DNA of 62,617 bases, counting the filler. It is 7 parts of 7 records of this genome, joined end to end, with 100 filler letters (N's around TTAATTAATTAA, not from the genome) between each part and the next. Parts side by side here need not be neighbours in the genome. Positions count along the whole stretch, not along the records: positions 1 to 15,481 come from DRR723986_6667; 6 more parts are not named here. One strand, given 5' to 3'. The first letter of the stretch is position 1. The number at the start of each line of letters is the position of its first letter. Below are positions 1 to 10,410 of the stretch, in pieces. The position numbers and the translations under genes are program-made. The notes below the pieces were generated by a model, which did not search any database, was not told where the DNA came from, and saw only the letters and a program-made list of their open reading frames with translations.

Positions 1-957
1 AGCGGCGATGCAAGCTTTGCCTTAGCCAGGTTCAGCGGCGATGCAAACTTTGCCTTAGCCACGTTCAACGGAGAAGCAAAATTTTCCGGTGCCAAGTTCA
101 ACGACGAGGCCAGTTTTTTCAGTGCCACGTTCAAGGGTGGCGCAAGCTTTCAATTACTAGTGATTGACAAAGAAGGTTCTTTTGATTTTCAAAGCTGTAC
201 ATTTCAGGAGCAAGCCGTTTTTGCAGGGAAAAGCAGTGCGGACAAACTATTTAGCGGTCGTAACGTGGTGTTCACAAATGTCCAAATCGCACAGGAAGGT
301 GCTGTAGCATTCCGCAATGCCAACTTAAGCCTTTGCAGCCTGACCGATACAGATGTGCGCAAAATTGAATTTACCGGTGTGACGTGGGCAAAAGTCTCCA
401 AAGGGTCGCGGCGGAAGCGTCTCTACGAAGAACTCGAACTGCATCAAGAACGAAAGAAGCTGAAAGGAAACAAGACCAAAAGCAACTTAAAAGCACTTAA
501 ATGGCACCGCATTGAAAAAGTCTACCGCAACCTGAAGCAAAACTATGAAGAGAACCGCGATTACGCCACAGCAGGAGACTTCCATATAGGTGAAAAGGAG
601 ATGCGCCGGCGGAACCCCGAAACATCGTGGCCGCAGAAGTTTATGCTGACAATGTACAAGTGGCTTAGTTTGTATGGGGAGCGGCCATTGATGCCGTTAA
701 TATGGTTCTTGGCAATATTTGTTGGCTCTACAGCCATTCATCACTTTTTTGGTGGGCTTTCGGATCCAAATGCGTTGGATGCGCCCTGTTTGTCTACTAC
801 TGCGAAATACAGCTTTGAAACCATGTTGTTTCTCAAGCCGTCCAACCTGGTCACTGTGACCACGTTAAGTTGGTTGATTAAGATGGTCCAGAGTGTCATT
901 AGTCCGATACTGCTTGGTTTAACAGCATTCGCGGTTCGGCAACAGATGAAGCGGTAA
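1..957 (+). CDS. Pentapeptide-repeat protein with C-terminal membrane (ion-channel-like) domain, 5'-truncated
   Basis: Frame 1 is open from base 1: SGDASFALARF/SGDANFALATF/NGEAKFSGAKF/NDEASFFSATF 11-aa repeats. Then YRNLKQNYE..GDFHIGEKEMRR, WLSLYGERP and three hydrophobic segments. Confidence 0.8.
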   Translation, partial: SGDASFALARFSGDANFALATFNGEAKFSGAKFNDEASFFSATFKGGASFQLLVIDKEGSFDFQSCTFQEQAVFAGKSSADKLFSGRNVVFTNVQIAQEGAVAFRNANLSLCSLTDTDVRKIEFTGVTWAKVSKGSRRKRLYEELELHQERKKLKGNKTKSNLKALKWHRIEKVYRNLKQNYEENRDYATAGDFHIGEKEMRRRNPETSWPQKFMLTMYKWLSLYGERPLMPLIWFLAIFVGSTAIHHFFGGLSDPNALDAPCLSTTAKYSFETMLFLKPSNLVTVTTLSWLIKMVQSVISPILLGLTAFAVRQQMKR

Positions 958-1091
958 AGTACATTCCGCGGCGGACCACGAGTCACTCAAACTATGTAAT
1001 ACTGGAACTTGCAAGTGTTGCAGACACCGTACATCCGTAACGGCCCAATGATTAGGACGCTGCTTCGCGTTAACTACTTTACCTTGTGCTC

Positions 1092-1985
1092 TTAGTTGAT
1101 GAGCTCGGCACCGGACATACACTGCGCGATGGCGTATAAGGTGTAGTCTTTGCCATCCTCGGTATGGATTTTGAAATTCATTCGGCCCAACAGAATCATT
1201 AAATCCTGCCCGACAGAGAACTCTGTTAAGTCTGCGGCCGTGAGGTCATAGGAGCCGTCATCGTCTTCAATTGTGTGCCAAAGTACGGTATCATCAACGT
1301 TCGGGTCTTCGGACATGTACATCAGCGCAATAGCGACTCCGAGATTGTTGTTTGGATCAGCGTTCCAGGTCAAGGTCATGCCCTGGGATTTGCTCAGTAC
1401 GCTGTTATAGACTGACAGCTCGGGCGACAGGATCTTCATTTCGGGCGGAACGTACATCGTAGTTGAGAAAGACGGCACTCCGTTTTGGAGATTACCGGCC
1501 AGTGCAAACGTACTGATTCTACCGAATGACGGCATTGTCTGCCCAGATTCGGGGTAGAGGATGTCATGATACACAAAACTATTGGTCGGGTCGCTTTCCA
1601 CGGCGATCCCTGCAACTGTCATCGTTCCGCCATCGGCACGGCCTTGATACTTCAGTTGTGTCGAGATCGCACCATTTATTGAATACGCGGTTATCGTCTC
1701 ATCTATCGGATTATAGTGTGAGCTAACTGATAAAAATCCGTATGGTTCGCTGTCACCAGCCATAAGCATTTCCAATATGCCAATAGTTGTTCCTTGCTCA
1801 TCATTTGAGAAAATGGCTGTTGGATCAGAACTGTCATTACAAGCAACGAGCATGAGAATATTAGACAGAGCCAAGACTACTGGCAGTTTTGCGCGCATGC
1901 TGTTGGCGAGAGGGCCTGACTCATCGCATGATGACAAAGAGCCACAGATGCCAGAGACTAACAGAATCCAAAATGTGTTTTTCAT
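1092..1985 (-). CDS. Hypothetical lipoprotein
   Basis: 297-aa ORF with lipobox-like LSSC (aa 17-20) and a second LVAC (aa 46-49); alternative start at 1898. Confidence 0.7.
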   Translation of the reverse strand: MKNTFWILLVSGICGSLSSCDESGPLANSMRAKLPVVLALSNILMLVACNDSSDPTAIFSNDEQGTTIGILEMLMAGDSEPYGFLSVSSHYNPIDETITAYSINGAISTQLKYQGRADGGTMTVAGIAVESDPTNSFVYHDILYPESGQTMPSFGRISTFALAGNLQNGVPSFSTTMYVPPEMKILSPELSVYNSVLSKSQGMTLTWNADPNNNLGVAIALMYMSEDPNVDDTVLWHTIEDDDGSYDLTAADLTEFSVGQDLMILLGRMNFKIHTEDGKDYTLYAIAQCMSGAELIN

Positions 1986-2299
1986 TGTCGTTATCCTGAG
2001 CAGTGGTAAAATATGATTCTTGAACTGATATGCCTGAGTTTCGCGTGATCACGTGAGCTGAAGGGGTGATTGTTGTGAGCGCAATCTAACGACGAGTTTG
2101 GGTAAGACTGAGGTAAGTATATTCATTTGCACGATGCAATCAAAGGCTAAAATACAAGCACACACAGTATTACTATTCAGGCACATCCACTATCACATTC
2201 TTTGCACAGGACAAAGCCCATAACCCGGCGCAAACAGGCAAAAACGGCATGTCTGGGCGGTTCTAGCAGTTAGTCTCATTCCTTGATCGGATCGGCTGT

Positions 2300-4987
2300 T
2301 TACTCCAAAATCAGTGCAGGTAGACTGGCGTCCATGCTGCCATCAACACTTAAACCTACAAAGTAGACTCCCGGCCCCGGTGTTCTGAGCTCTTCCAATG
2401 AAATTTCATATTCTCCGGGCTGAAGCATTTCCCGTTTCATCAGAGTCTGTAACAGCTGACCGCGTATGTTAAACAGCGCGAGCTTGATTTGTCCACCGCG
2501 ACTAATCTGAAAATGAATAACGGAATGTTGATTGACAGGATTTGGACTCATGTTTATGATCGAATTCTTGCCGCTAGCTGTTTCAGTCCCTCTGGCAATG
2601 CCTGTGATATCAGAGCTTTCCAGCTTCCATTGTGCCAGGTAGGACATCGGGAATCCACCGACGTCTCTTACTAACCCATTGCTGCCAAGATAGAGTTTGT
2701 TTTCATCCACGAACAGGGCCTTGACAATCGGCAATGAACTGGATTGACTATTATAGCCGGATCCCAGCGCATGCCAGATATCACCATCAAAAGTCGCAAC
2801 ACCCTTGGTCCTAACCGACTGCCCGGCGCGATCAAAAGCACCGGCAACGTAAAGTTTCTCGCCGTTCCACTCCAGAGCTTCCACAATCGGCTCGGCATTG
2901 AATCCATCTGTGTAGATTCCGCCGGCCAGGTCTGTCCAGGCCGTGCCGTTCCACATTGCCAAGTGATTAACCTCAACCATACCGCCGTCGGAATTATACG
3001 CATTGAGAAAATCACCGCCTACGTAAAGCTCGCCTTTGTTAAACAGAATTGCATTCACAAATGGCTCAAAGTTAAACTTTGATTGCCCCTCGCCAAGTCC
3101 CTGACCGACGGAATGCCATTCCATGCCGTCCCAGCGAGCAATCCCCGGCGACTCAACCAATCCATCCGCGTTATATGCCCGCGAAAAAGTTCCTCCGACG
3201 TAAACATCCGGTCCATTAACCGCAAGGGCAAAAACCGAACCATCCACGCCTTCACCAAGCGCCTGCCAGGCACCGGCACTCCACAAACCAACGCCGTGCA
3301 GCTCAATCGACTCAGCGTTTGCCTGGACGCCATTTTGAAAAACTCCTCCGACATAGAGTCCTTCTTCCGCAAGAGTGACCGCATAAGCAATATTGTCAAG
3401 TCCTTGACCAAGGGCCGACCATTCTTCAGTGTTTTCATCCCAAAGTGCCACGTGATTAACTAAAACGCTGTCGTCGGAAGTGTTTAAGGCCAAATCAAAA
3501 TTGCCGGCGGCATATACCTTCTGATTTTCAGCTGCGAGACCGTATACTACAGTGCGGCCTTCGGGCTGATCGCGAAGTGCTACGCCGCCTCCGAGAGCGC
3601 TCCAATCTTGTCCTGATTTGTTCCAACGCGCCAGTCGATTAACTTGTTTGCTGCTTGTTCCGGAGTTTGCCAATTTAAACCAACCACCTATATACACCGC
3701 ATCATCGTTGGCGGGGTCATGCGCAAATGCCTCAACGTCGTCGTTGACACCATATCCAAGCGCATGCCAGCGTTCGTTGCCCCAACGCGCAATATTGTTA
3801 ACAGCGACGTCCGCACGTTCGGTAATTCCGCGGTCGATATCATGCGCAGTGTTAAAATCACCGCCAATCCAGACCGCTCCGGCACTGGATGTGATTGCGT
3901 GAACTTCTCCGCTCTGTCCGTTGCCAAGTGCTTTCCATCCGCTTTCGGTCCAGGCTACGACTCCACTGGAAGGAACAATCAATTCACCGGCCAGGGCCGC
4001 ATCTTCGATGCCTCTGAATTCACCACCGAGATACACATTTCCGTCTTCACCGGCACATAAGGTGTTAACTTTGCTGCGAATGAAGTCATCAAGCGTATGC
4101 CATTCGCTGCCATCCCAACGTGCAATTCCCATACTCGTGGGGCCTTTGCGAATTTTTGTGCCGTCGGCGTTCAGTAATTCATCAAAGGCGCCGGCAACAT
4201 AGATACTTCCGTTCTGGAAAGCCAATCCACGTACGGTTCCGTCAACACCCAGCCCAAGTGGCAGCAATTTGTCACCAAAGTGCAATACGACGTGGGCTGT
4301 ACCGTTGCCGCCGGATGTAGAAGTGAATTCACCACCAATTGCCATTCCAAAAGGCGTTGCCGCCAGAGTTAACACACGCCCTTCAATTTGACCGGGCGAA
4401 TTCCACTTTAAGCCATTCCAGCTCGCCAGGTTCTGAATCGTTTGCAGCTCAATGACTCCAGGAACCGCAAACTCACCACCCATGTACAATGTAGTACCGT
4501 CAAATTCCAACGCGTGAATTTCATCGTCCGCGTTAAGTGTACCCAGACCGACAGATTTCCATTCGGTTCCGTTCCAGCGGGCGATGTTACGAGTTAATGC
4601 GACTTTTTCACCGTTGTGATCCAGTGCATTGTTAAAATTGCCGCCAACGTATATGTCTTGGCCAACAACTTCCAGGGCAAACACATTACCATCAACTCCG
4701 CCGCCGAGATTTGTCCATGTGCTGCCGTCCCAGCGTCCAACCCTGTGCACCTTGCGACCGTTAGCTTTGCTGAAATCTCCACCCGCGTACAAGTTACCTG
4801 CATCATCAATCTCAAGCGCATAAACCGTTCCGTTCAGTCCTAGACCGAAGGTTGTCCAATTGTCGTCGGAACTCATCTGCCCACGAGCCAGGCCTGTCAA
4901 TAGAAACAACAATATGCCGGTCCAAACTGCTAAAGAGTCGTAGAATATGCGCATTGCTCTAGTCCAATGGTTGATAAGGAAGTGCAA
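2300..4987 (-). CDS. Secreted beta-propeller repeat protein with T9SS type-A-like C-terminal sorting domain
   Basis: Signal peptide; many repeats of V.AL....LYVGG.F......IARWDG..W..LG.G; C-terminus NPVN...I.F.I...G.I.L.LFNIRGQ......PGVYFV.L. Confidence 0.8.
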   Translation of the reverse strand: MHFLINHWTRAMRIFYDSLAVWTGILLFLLTGLARGQMSSDDNWTTFGLGLNGTVYALEIDDAGNLYAGGDFSKANGRKVHRVGRWDGSTWTNLGGGVDGNVFALEVVGQDIYVGGNFNNALDHNGEKVALTRNIARWNGTEWKSVGLGTLNADDEIHALEFDGTTLYMGGEFAVPGVIELQTIQNLASWNGLKWNSPGQIEGRVLTLAATPFGMAIGGEFTSTSGGNGTAHVVLHFGDKLLPLGLGVDGTVRGLAFQNGSIYVAGAFDELLNADGTKIRKGPTSMGIARWDGSEWHTLDDFIRSKVNTLCAGEDGNVYLGGEFRGIEDAALAGELIVPSSGVVAWTESGWKALGNGQSGEVHAITSSAGAVWIGGDFNTAHDIDRGITERADVAVNNIARWGNERWHALGYGVNDDVEAFAHDPANDDAVYIGGWFKLANSGTSSKQVNRLARWNKSGQDWSALGGGVALRDQPEGRTVVYGLAAENQKVYAAGNFDLALNTSDDSVLVNHVALWDENTEEWSALGQGLDNIAYAVTLAEEGLYVGGVFQNGVQANAESIELHGVGLWSAGAWQALGEGVDGSVFALAVNGPDVYVGGTFSRAYNADGLVESPGIARWDGMEWHSVGQGLGEGQSKFNFEPFVNAILFNKGELYVGGDFLNAYNSDGGMVEVNHLAMWNGTAWTDLAGGIYTDGFNAEPIVEALEWNGEKLYVAGAFDRAGQSVRTKGVATFDGDIWHALGSGYNSQSSSLPIVKALFVDENKLYLGSNGLVRDVGGFPMSYLAQWKLESSDITGIARGTETASGKNSIINMSPNPVNQHSVIHFQISRGGQIKLALFNIRGQLLQTLMKREMLQPGEYEISLEELRTPGPGVYFVGLSVDGSMDASLPALILE

Positions 4988-5337
4988 GAAGATACTTGAA
5001 ATCTCAGGTCGCGCAAATTATCAGCGCCTGGAGAATCGTGGCCACGGCAACCTGCTCAGGACGTCTAAGCCGTTTATTTGCAGGACCTTATGCCTGATTG
5101 TGCTCTGGAATTGAGAACTGGGCCAAATTAAGAATGCAGCAGGTCTGCATTTTGTTGCTCATTCGATGGTTCGTGGGCTTGAGCGCTTTGCACTTTCGAG
5201 CGCGACCGTGTCATCGCCGCTCTGGATAATACTGTTTTAGAACAATGCCATGAGGGCGAATTATACCACCTTATGTAACAGCGATGCGCTGAGCGGTACA
5301 CTGTAGCCCGTAGTCTGGATGGGGGAGTACTTGTAAG

Positions 5338-5865
5338 ATGATGAAGTCTGGAATGCCAAAAACTCCAGCTTATTGTCTCGCGAAATGCATAAATTGTGTG
5401 GTAAGTAATGCGGAAAGTTTACTGGATAAACAAATGAACCATGCGGATGAAACAATCGCGAAGTTTCCATTGTACAATTGGAGTCTCAAAAATTGGACGT
5501 CGGTAGATTTCGACAACTCACTCGCTGTGTTGGATTCGCCGTTTTGGTTTTCAAGAAACTTGACTACATTCCAGAATCACCTTCAGAATCATTCGTTTGT
5601 GGATTGCACGGGACTTGTGTACAAACTTGTTGACATAGACCTTGTAACTATTCCCACTTGGAGAAAGTTTATTCCATTTGCTTACAAAGCGCGCCTAATA
5701 TTTCAAGCTACAAGCGAACGTATTCCATTCTTGACAGTTCAACAGCACGCTGTCAATTGTGCCGAGGCATTTCAGTCAGAATACAAACTTACAATCGATT
5801 TATCTGAGCAACTGACTCTGGCCAAAAATTATGAAGAGTTGTGTGAAGTTATATTGTGTGCCTGA
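5338..5865 (+). CDS. Hypothetical protein (start uncertain)
   Basis: 175-aa ORF in an AT-richer stretch; no recognisable motif. Confidence 0.45.
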   Translation: MMKSGMPKTPAYCLAKCINCVVSNAESLLDKQMNHADETIAKFPLYNWSLKNWTSVDFDNSLAVLDSPFWFSRNLTTFQNHLQNHSFVDCTGLVYKLVDIDLVTIPTWRKFIPFAYKARLIFQATSERIPFLTVQQHAVNCAEAFQSEYKLTIDLSEQLTLAKNYEELCEVILCA

Positions 5866-5966
5866 AAATGGGCCATTACTTCGTATTTGTTGTGGCAGTT
5901 GCTTGCACAATCAGCATCACTTAAAATTATCAATTGGATCAATCACTTAGAATCACTTCCAAGGTG

Positions 5967-6005
5967 AAAAAAACACCTAAGAGCCTCCCAAAAGGCTCTC
6001 AGGTG
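5967..6005 (-). terminator. Probable intrinsic terminator of the fibre/partner operon
   Basis: CACCTAAGAGCCT-cccaaa-AGGCTCTCAGGTG stem preceded by A7 on + (U-tract on -), just downstream of the 6027 stop. Confidence 0.7.
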
Positions 6006-6026
6006 AGTCCTTAAGATTGAAGTCTA

Positions 6027-7196
6027 TCACGGGATGTTGCTGATCCGGAAGCTATTGTTGCGTGCCACCACACGATCGCCTGCATTAACAACTCCGTCCA
6101 GATTAACATCCTCAACTACATAACCGACCTCAAAGACGCGGCTGCGCGTTGCGACCCTGTCGGCAGCATTAATAAAACCATTTGGATTGGCGTCGCCGCC
6201 AAAGAGACCAAAACGATCCTGGCCCAGGTCTGCCTGGGGATCGGACCACTCGCGCCAGGCCTGGCCACGCGCTGTCCTGAAATCATATACGCCATCATTG
6301 CCATTGCCGAGGGCTACCTTGGCGCTGCTCATGACGCCCAGGTGATTGCGCTGCCAGACGACGATGTAATAGTCACCGGCGGCAAGCTGCGCGTCAAACA
6401 GGACTGCGTCTGCGCCGGAAGGGTCGGAGATTGTGCCATCGGAGTGGAGCAGCGCGGCGCGGCGCGCCACTGCCTGTGTGTTGTTATCGCCGCTGCGCAA
6501 TTCGATCAGTACCCAATCAACCAGAGAATCCAGCATCGCCGCGCGCGTCTCCGTACCGGCATAGTTTAATGGCGCGCTGTTAAACGGCTGGGCAATCGGC
6601 AGGTAGGCGCGGTCGTACAATTCCGTGCGCATCTTTTGTCCCTGCATCGCGGCTTGCAGCCAGACTTCGGGACGAACCGCCAGGGACGCCGCCGGCAGAA
6701 TGTTAAACACGTTGTCACTCAGGTCGTGCAGCCCGGCAATGGTCGCCGCACTGACGCGTACGATCGCCTGGCTGCTGGCGGCCGCATTAACCGTCCAGCT
6801 GAAGCTGCCGCCGTTAACCTGACTATTTGTGACAGCAGCAAAGCTGAGTCCGGCATTTGTGCTGATTTCCAGGTGCACGGCGCCGACCGCGGGCGTAGCA
6901 CGCCAGGTGATGGCGTACTGCAAATCGCGGCGCCACATCTCGCCGCCGTTGGGGCTTGTTAACTCCAGCTGACGGTGCGCAAACGCAGCGCCCGTGTACT
7001 GACGGCGCACGCCTTGCTGGATTCCGACAATCGGCTGACCGATTACTGCATGTAGCTGCAGGGAAGCGCTGCTGGACCTTCCGCTCGCAGAACTGACGCC
7101 GGCTGTAAAGTTTGCCGCTGCCGATTCAGTGACAAACAAAAAGCTCATGCCCAAGGCCACGCAAGTGAGCCGCCAAAGAAATTTATCACTTAACAT
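6027..7196 (-). CDS. Secreted protein with Ig-like (SPNGGE.W) domain and dockerin-like C-terminus
   Basis: GGAGG SD before ATG 7196; signal peptide; LTSPNGGEMW...ITW...LEISTNAG..F; C-terminal GDANPNGFINAAD / EDVNLDGVVNAGD EF-hand-like pair. Confidence 0.75.
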   Translation of the reverse strand: MLSDKFLWRLTCVALGMSFLFVTESAAANFTAGVSSASGRSSSASLQLHAVIGQPIVGIQQGVRRQYTGAAFAHRQLELTSPNGGEMWRRDLQYAITWRATPAVGAVHLEISTNAGLSFAAVTNSQVNGGSFSWTVNAAASSQAIVRVSAATIAGLHDLSDNVFNILPAASLAVRPEVWLQAAMQGQKMRTELYDRAYLPIAQPFNSAPLNYAGTETRAAMLDSLVDWVLIELRSGDNNTQAVARRAALLHSDGTISDPSGADAVLFDAQLAAGDYYIVVWQRNHLGVMSSAKVALGNGNDGVYDFRTARGQAWREWSDPQADLGQDRFGLFGGDANPNGFINAADRVATRSRVFEVGYVVEDVNLDGVVNAGDRVVARNNSFRISNIP

Positions 7197-10100
7197 TTGT
7201 ACCTCCGTCCTGATGCACAGCATGCCGAACCGGAGCCTGTGATTTGTTTAACATATGCATCTCCAGAGTCTCAAGACGCTTGCGCAAATCCTCGTTCTCA
7301 TCCACCAGCTGCTCAACGCGGCGGTTTAACTCCTGCACGGCAATAAGCGTAACACCGGCGGGATCGATCGTTGAAATTGAAGTGTCACTACCACCTAAGT
7401 TAAACAATGCATAGAAGTCCTGTGCCATGGGACCAATATGTGTGATGTTCGCATTTTCGCCGATGTAATTCCAGCGCGTAATGTTTAACTGCATCAGTTT
7501 GGCGAGAATCTGCCCGGCGTCGAGATCGGTGAAGTTTTCCTTGCGATTGCGATCCGAGGAGTTAACCCAGGTTCCACCACTTGTTAAGTGCGCGCCCGTA
7601 CGTGTGTCAATCAAATGTGTGCCGCTGGATGGCGCAGTCTCACTCTGGTCCGTGATGTAGAGCCCATTATCGGCGCGCAGGACTATCTGCTCACTTCTGC
7701 CGCTGCGAACCTGATCGGTCGAGACATTTGTGGAGTTGGCGGCAATCACGATTGCACCGTTGTGTTCGGCCTGACTGAGGTTGCCAAGTGCGATGCTGTA
7801 ATCGCCCGACGCCGTATCACGCCGCCCGAAGCTGAAGGAATATCTGCCGGAGCTAAGATTGCCCCAGCCGCCCAGAACGCCGGAGTACTGCCCAGACGAT
7901 TTGTTAAAACTTCCGGCCAAAATGCCGGATGCCTGGCCTTCGGCGGAGTTAACCGATCCGCCACCGATAACACTTCCAGATCCCGAGGCTTCGTTGTTCG
8001 TACCACCGGCCACCGTTGCGAAGTTTGCCGTGGCTTCGTTCGTCTGTCCACCGCCGACAGAGGCGGCTTCGCCTGAAGCTGTATTGCTGCGACCGCCGCC
8101 GATAAACCCGAGATTGTCTGTGACGGAGTTGTTGTATCCGCCGGCGATTGTTGCGCTGTCGGCCGAGACGACGTTTTCCTGGCCACCAGCAATTAGACTG
8201 GCATGACCCGTGACGTTATTGCCATAGCCGCCGCCGATAAAAGCATAGGATGACATTGACGCCAACAGCGTATCCGCATCACCGGTTGAGTTGTCGTATC
8301 CACCGGCAACGATGGAGTGTGTTCCGCGAACAAGGTTGTTCGCACCGCCGCCCACGACGCCGAATTCGCCAAGTGTCTGATTATCTTCACCGCCGGCGAT
8401 TGCCGAATGATCGCCCACAGCCCGGTTGCTTTCACCACCGGCAATTGTTGTGGCGATGCCGCTGGTCCGGTTGTCAAAGCCGCCGCCAACTACCGAGCTA
8501 TCACCTGCGGCAACATTGTCTTCGCCGCCACCCAGAAACGCCGCATTGCCCGGGACTTCGTTGCGCAGGCCACCGCCGATGAAACCGCTGAGCCCCGTGA
8601 CTTCATTCTGCAGTCCGCCGGCAATCGTCGCATAATCCTCCTGAGCATTGTTGTCAAGTCCGCCGCCGACTGTAGCGTATTCGGAGAGCGAAAAGATGTT
8701 CAGCGTCGCGTCGCCGGCGATGTTGTTGCGTCCACCGGCAACAGTCGAAAAGCTGCCCTTGGCCCAGTTGGTGCGCCCGCCGCTGACCGTCGCGTGTTCA
8801 CCGATCGTTCGGTTATAACCGCCGCCGCCAATTGCACCGGCATAACCGCGCACATAGTTCGAGTCACCGCCGCCGACGAAACCGTAGCGTGCGGTCGGAA
8901 AGTTGGTATTGTTCTGGCCACCGGTAATGGTACTGCCGATCGCCATCGTGCGATTGTTTTTACCCGCCGCAACCGTTCCGTGTGTTGCCTGCGGGCCAAC
9001 CAGATTGTTTTCGCCGCCAAGAATAGCGCTGTGGAAGGGGCGTGCAACGTTGACCTCTCCGCCCACGACAACCGTCATGGTTGTAGCAGCAATATTATCT
9101 TTTCCACCACCGACAAAAGCTCCGCGGCCCTGAGCGCTGTTTGAGCCGCCACCAACAACAACAGAAATCTCGCCGTTGGCGTTGTTGTACTGTCCGCCGC
9201 CCAGGAAGCCGTGATCGCGCGCAATGCCATTGCCTTCGCCACCGCCCATAAAGCTATAGTCGCCGCCGACGCTGTTGTACGCACCCGACATCAAAGCGGT
9301 ATTGTAACCGCCGAGTGAATTGTACTCGCCGGCACCAATGATTGCGTTGGTGGCATTCACAGAATTGCTGTAGCCGGTAATGACGGCGGCAGCCGAACCA
9401 TTGGCGAAATTGAATTCACCGGTGCCAACGATCGTATTGTTACCGAACGCGCTGTTCCCGGAGCCACTGATAACGGTTGCAAATTCTGCTCCGGCGAAAT
9501 TGTTCGTGCCATTACCAATTAATGCCTTGCGGCCGGCGGCCAGGTTGCCGTCGCCATTTACGATTGTCGCATGTGTGCCGGAGGCGGTATTGTTGCGGCC
9601 AAACGCCACCGAATACGGGCCGACATTCGTGGAGTCCCATTGGTCGTTTGTGACAGCTCCTGCGCGCAGCGCCTGGCGATTTGGGATCCACATCATGCGC
9701 GTGCCGCTGCCGGAGACGGGGACTTTGCCCGTGCCGCCATTAAACAGAACCGCTCCGCCTTCCACATGCAGGCGCGCCGACGGCACGGTCTGGCCAATTC
9801 CAACATCGGAGCTGGTGACCGTCGCCTGGCCGTTGCGCTGCCAGATGGAATTGCCGGAAACACTTGCGCCACCAGTTGTGCCGGCCGAGATTGTAATGCG
9901 TGTGCCGGAGACGACCACCGTCACATTTGTGCCGGCCACAATTTCCAGGTCTTCCTGCAAACCATTCAGCGAACGCACGACCGTGCCATTCGTGATATTC
10001 GCGCTTGTGACCAAATCGACCTGCGCCGCTCGCAGCGCGTATGGGACAGACTGCAGTGCCAGGCGCGGCGACATCTCTGGGTCTGCGCCGAGTTTGGTGC

Positions 10101-10410
10101 CAAGGAAATAGGCGCGGTCAAAACTGAGATTCAGCGCTGAGACTGATCCCAGGCTGACACTGAACAGTCCCTGAGTCACCTGAACCGTTTGTGTTTCAGT
10201 CCACAGAGACGTGCCGCCACTGCTCTGGTCGTACAGCCGGAATTCGACGGAATACGAGCCGTCAGCCACGAGACTGCCGGAAGTTGTTGTCAGGAGGGCC
10301 TGATAGCTGATTGTGCGCGGCACATTGGCCGACAGCTGCGTGTGAGTGCTCAGTAAAAGCAGCAGCAGGCCTGCCAGGAGATAGGGGATGTTTCTGTTTG
10401 AAGTAGGCAT
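7186..10410 (-). CDS. Secreted fibre/adhesin with ~14-aa GGG..N.A repeats and C-terminal peptidase S74 intramolecular chaperone
   Basis: Signal peptide; ISYQALL...G.Y...F.LYD...LW.ETQ N-domain; long GGG.N repeat beta-helix; SSDRNRKENF...HIGPMAQDF...coiled coil typical of S74. Confidence 0.85.
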   Translation of the reverse strand: MPTSNRNIPYLLAGLLLLLLSTHTQLSANVPRTISYQALLTTTSGSLVADGSYSVEFRLYDQSSGGTSLWTETQTVQVTQGLFSVSLGSVSALNLSFDRAYFLGTKLGADPEMSPRLALQSVPYALRAAQVDLVTSANITNGTVVRSLNGLQEDLEIVAGTNVTVVVSGTRITISAGTTGGASVSGNSIWQRNGQATVTSSDVGIGQTVPSARLHVEGGAVLFNGGTGKVPVSGSGTRMMWIPNRQALRAGAVTNDQWDSTNVGPYSVAFGRNNTASGTHATIVNGDGNLAAGRKALIGNGTNNFAGAEFATVISGSGNSAFGNNTIVGTGEFNFANGSAAAVITGYSNSVNATNAIIGAGEYNSLGGYNTALMSGAYNSVGGDYSFMGGGEGNGIARDHGFLGGGQYNNANGEISVVVGGGSNSAQGRGAFVGGGKDNIAATTMTVVVGGEVNVARPFHSAILGGENNLVGPQATHGTVAAGKNNRTMAIGSTITGGQNNTNFPTARYGFVGGGDSNYVRGYAGAIGGGGYNRTIGEHATVSGGRTNWAKGSFSTVAGGRNNIAGDATLNIFSLSEYATVGGGLDNNAQEDYATIAGGLQNEVTGLSGFIGGGLRNEVPGNAAFLGGGEDNVAAGDSSVVGGGFDNRTSGIATTIAGGESNRAVGDHSAIAGGEDNQTLGEFGVVGGGANNLVRGTHSIVAGGYDNSTGDADTLLASMSSYAFIGGGYGNNVTGHASLIAGGQENVVSADSATIAGGYNNSVTDNLGFIGGGRSNTASGEAASVGGGQTNEATANFATVAGGTNNEASGSGSVIGGGSVNSAEGQASGILAGSFNKSSGQYSGVLGGWGNLSSGRYSFSFGRRDTASGDYSIALGNLSQAEHNGAIVIAANSTNVSTDQVRSGRSEQIVLRADNGLYITDQSETAPSSGTHLIDTRTGAHLTSGGTWVNSSDRNRKENFTDLDAGQILAKLMQLNITRWNYIGENANITHIGPMAQDFYALFNLGGSDTSISTIDPAGVTLIAVQELNRRVEQLVDENEDLRKRLETLEMHMLNKSQAPVRHAVHQDGGTNVK

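Noticed and set aside
2217-2278. CCATAAC...GTTAGTC resembling an integron attC site
   Set aside because: Internal complementarity is poor, the core sites do not pair well, there is no integrase, and neighbouring genes are not co-oriented cassettes.
7700-9620. Regular ~42-nt periodicity suggesting a CRISPR array or DGR
   Set aside because: It is the coding 14-aa repeat of the fibre protein. There are no identical repeats with unique spacers, and no cas or reverse transcriptase gene.
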